Positions 63,688 to 64,000 of a stretch of 64,000 nt of DNA are shown one piece after another. Both the position numbers and the translations under genes were made by a program. The DNA comes from an uncultured delta proteobacterium. Lineage in GTDB: Bacteria; Desulfobacterota; Zymogenia; Zymogenales; Zymogenaceae. The stretch covers positions 64,001 to 128,000 of the forward strand of contig CAVTLK010000005.1 of assembly GCA_963735595.1 (NCBI GenBank), in the 5' to 3' direction. A model generated the notes under the pieces. It was given only the letters and a program-made list of their open reading frames with translations, made no database searches and was not told where the DNA came from. How positions within the stretch are numbered: position 1 is the stretch's first letter; every line of letters starts with the position of its first letter.

Positions 63688-64000
63688 GTGGCGACTTATA
63701 AAGCGTCTACGCTCAACAAGACCATAACCGATCTGTCGGAAGGGATTCCGGGCATCGAGGCTATCGTCCTTGAGACATACGAGGGGTTGGTGCTGGCATC
63801 TACTCTGCCCACCAGCGCGGAAGAGGAGATCATCGCGGCTATCTCCTCGGCCGCCCAGGGCATCATCAACCGCGCGGTCAAGGAACTCAAGCAGGGAGAC
63901 GTTCAAAATACGCTTGTTTTGAGTTCTTCGGGCCAGATAGTCCTGACGGATATAGAGGGCAAGGCCCTGTTGACCGTTATCGCCAAGCGGGATTCGAATC
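63688..64000 (+). CDS. Roadblock/LC7 (MglB-like) protein, truncated by window end
   Basis: Open frame from GTG 63688: IPGIEAIVLETYEGLVLASTLP..EEEIIAAISSAAQGIINRAVKELKQGDVQNTLVLSSSGQIVL; absent from the ORF track. Confidence 0.85.
   Translation, partial: MATYKASTLNKTITDLSEGIPGIEAIVLETYEGLVLASTLPTSAEEEIIAAISSAAQGIINRAVKELKQGDVQNTLVLSSSGQIVLTDIEGKALLTVIAKRDSN

Overview
GC-rich bacterial chromosome segment, most likely Desulfobacterota/deltaproteobacterial. This rests on ahbD-hemB, the smc-roadblock-ftsY-6S-fau-rny-ymdB-tyrS block, NrdR-type boxes before smc, and an MglA/roadblock pair. Left to right: the end of a sigma54 activator plus a sigma54 promoter and a receiver protein; a B12 radical SAM gene; a ~9.2 kb cyclic beta-1,2-glucan synthase (cgs/ndvB) ending next to a tRNA 3'-end (att-like) fragment; a divergent acyl-CoA ligase/amidohydrolase/SSS transporter cluster; a GH32 + sugar transporter unit; a surface-glycosylation cassette; a DUF72-hydrolase-hydrolase-VOC-VOC unit; GlcD; acyl-CoA synthetase alpha; a CwfJ-like HIT + MerR pair; housekeeping genes; a secreted CHAT-fold protein lacking both catalytic residues; nadA; a lytic transglycosylase; GH2; a beta-propeller protein; DinG/YoaA; and MglA-roadblock. 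Many genes are split by apparent single-base insertions, clustered at about 4.5-17, 31.6-33.7 and 53-57 kb, most likely long-read errors. No CRISPR array, rRNA, complete tRNA, transposase or integrase was seen. Best leads for novelty: the secreted pseudo-caspase, the zapAB-less 6S locus flanked by two extra structured elements, the att-bounded cgs with an extra N-terminal domain, the bacterial CwfJ-like HIT protein, and a leaderless Zn-ribbon ORF. All family assignments come from motif recognition by eye; no searches were run.
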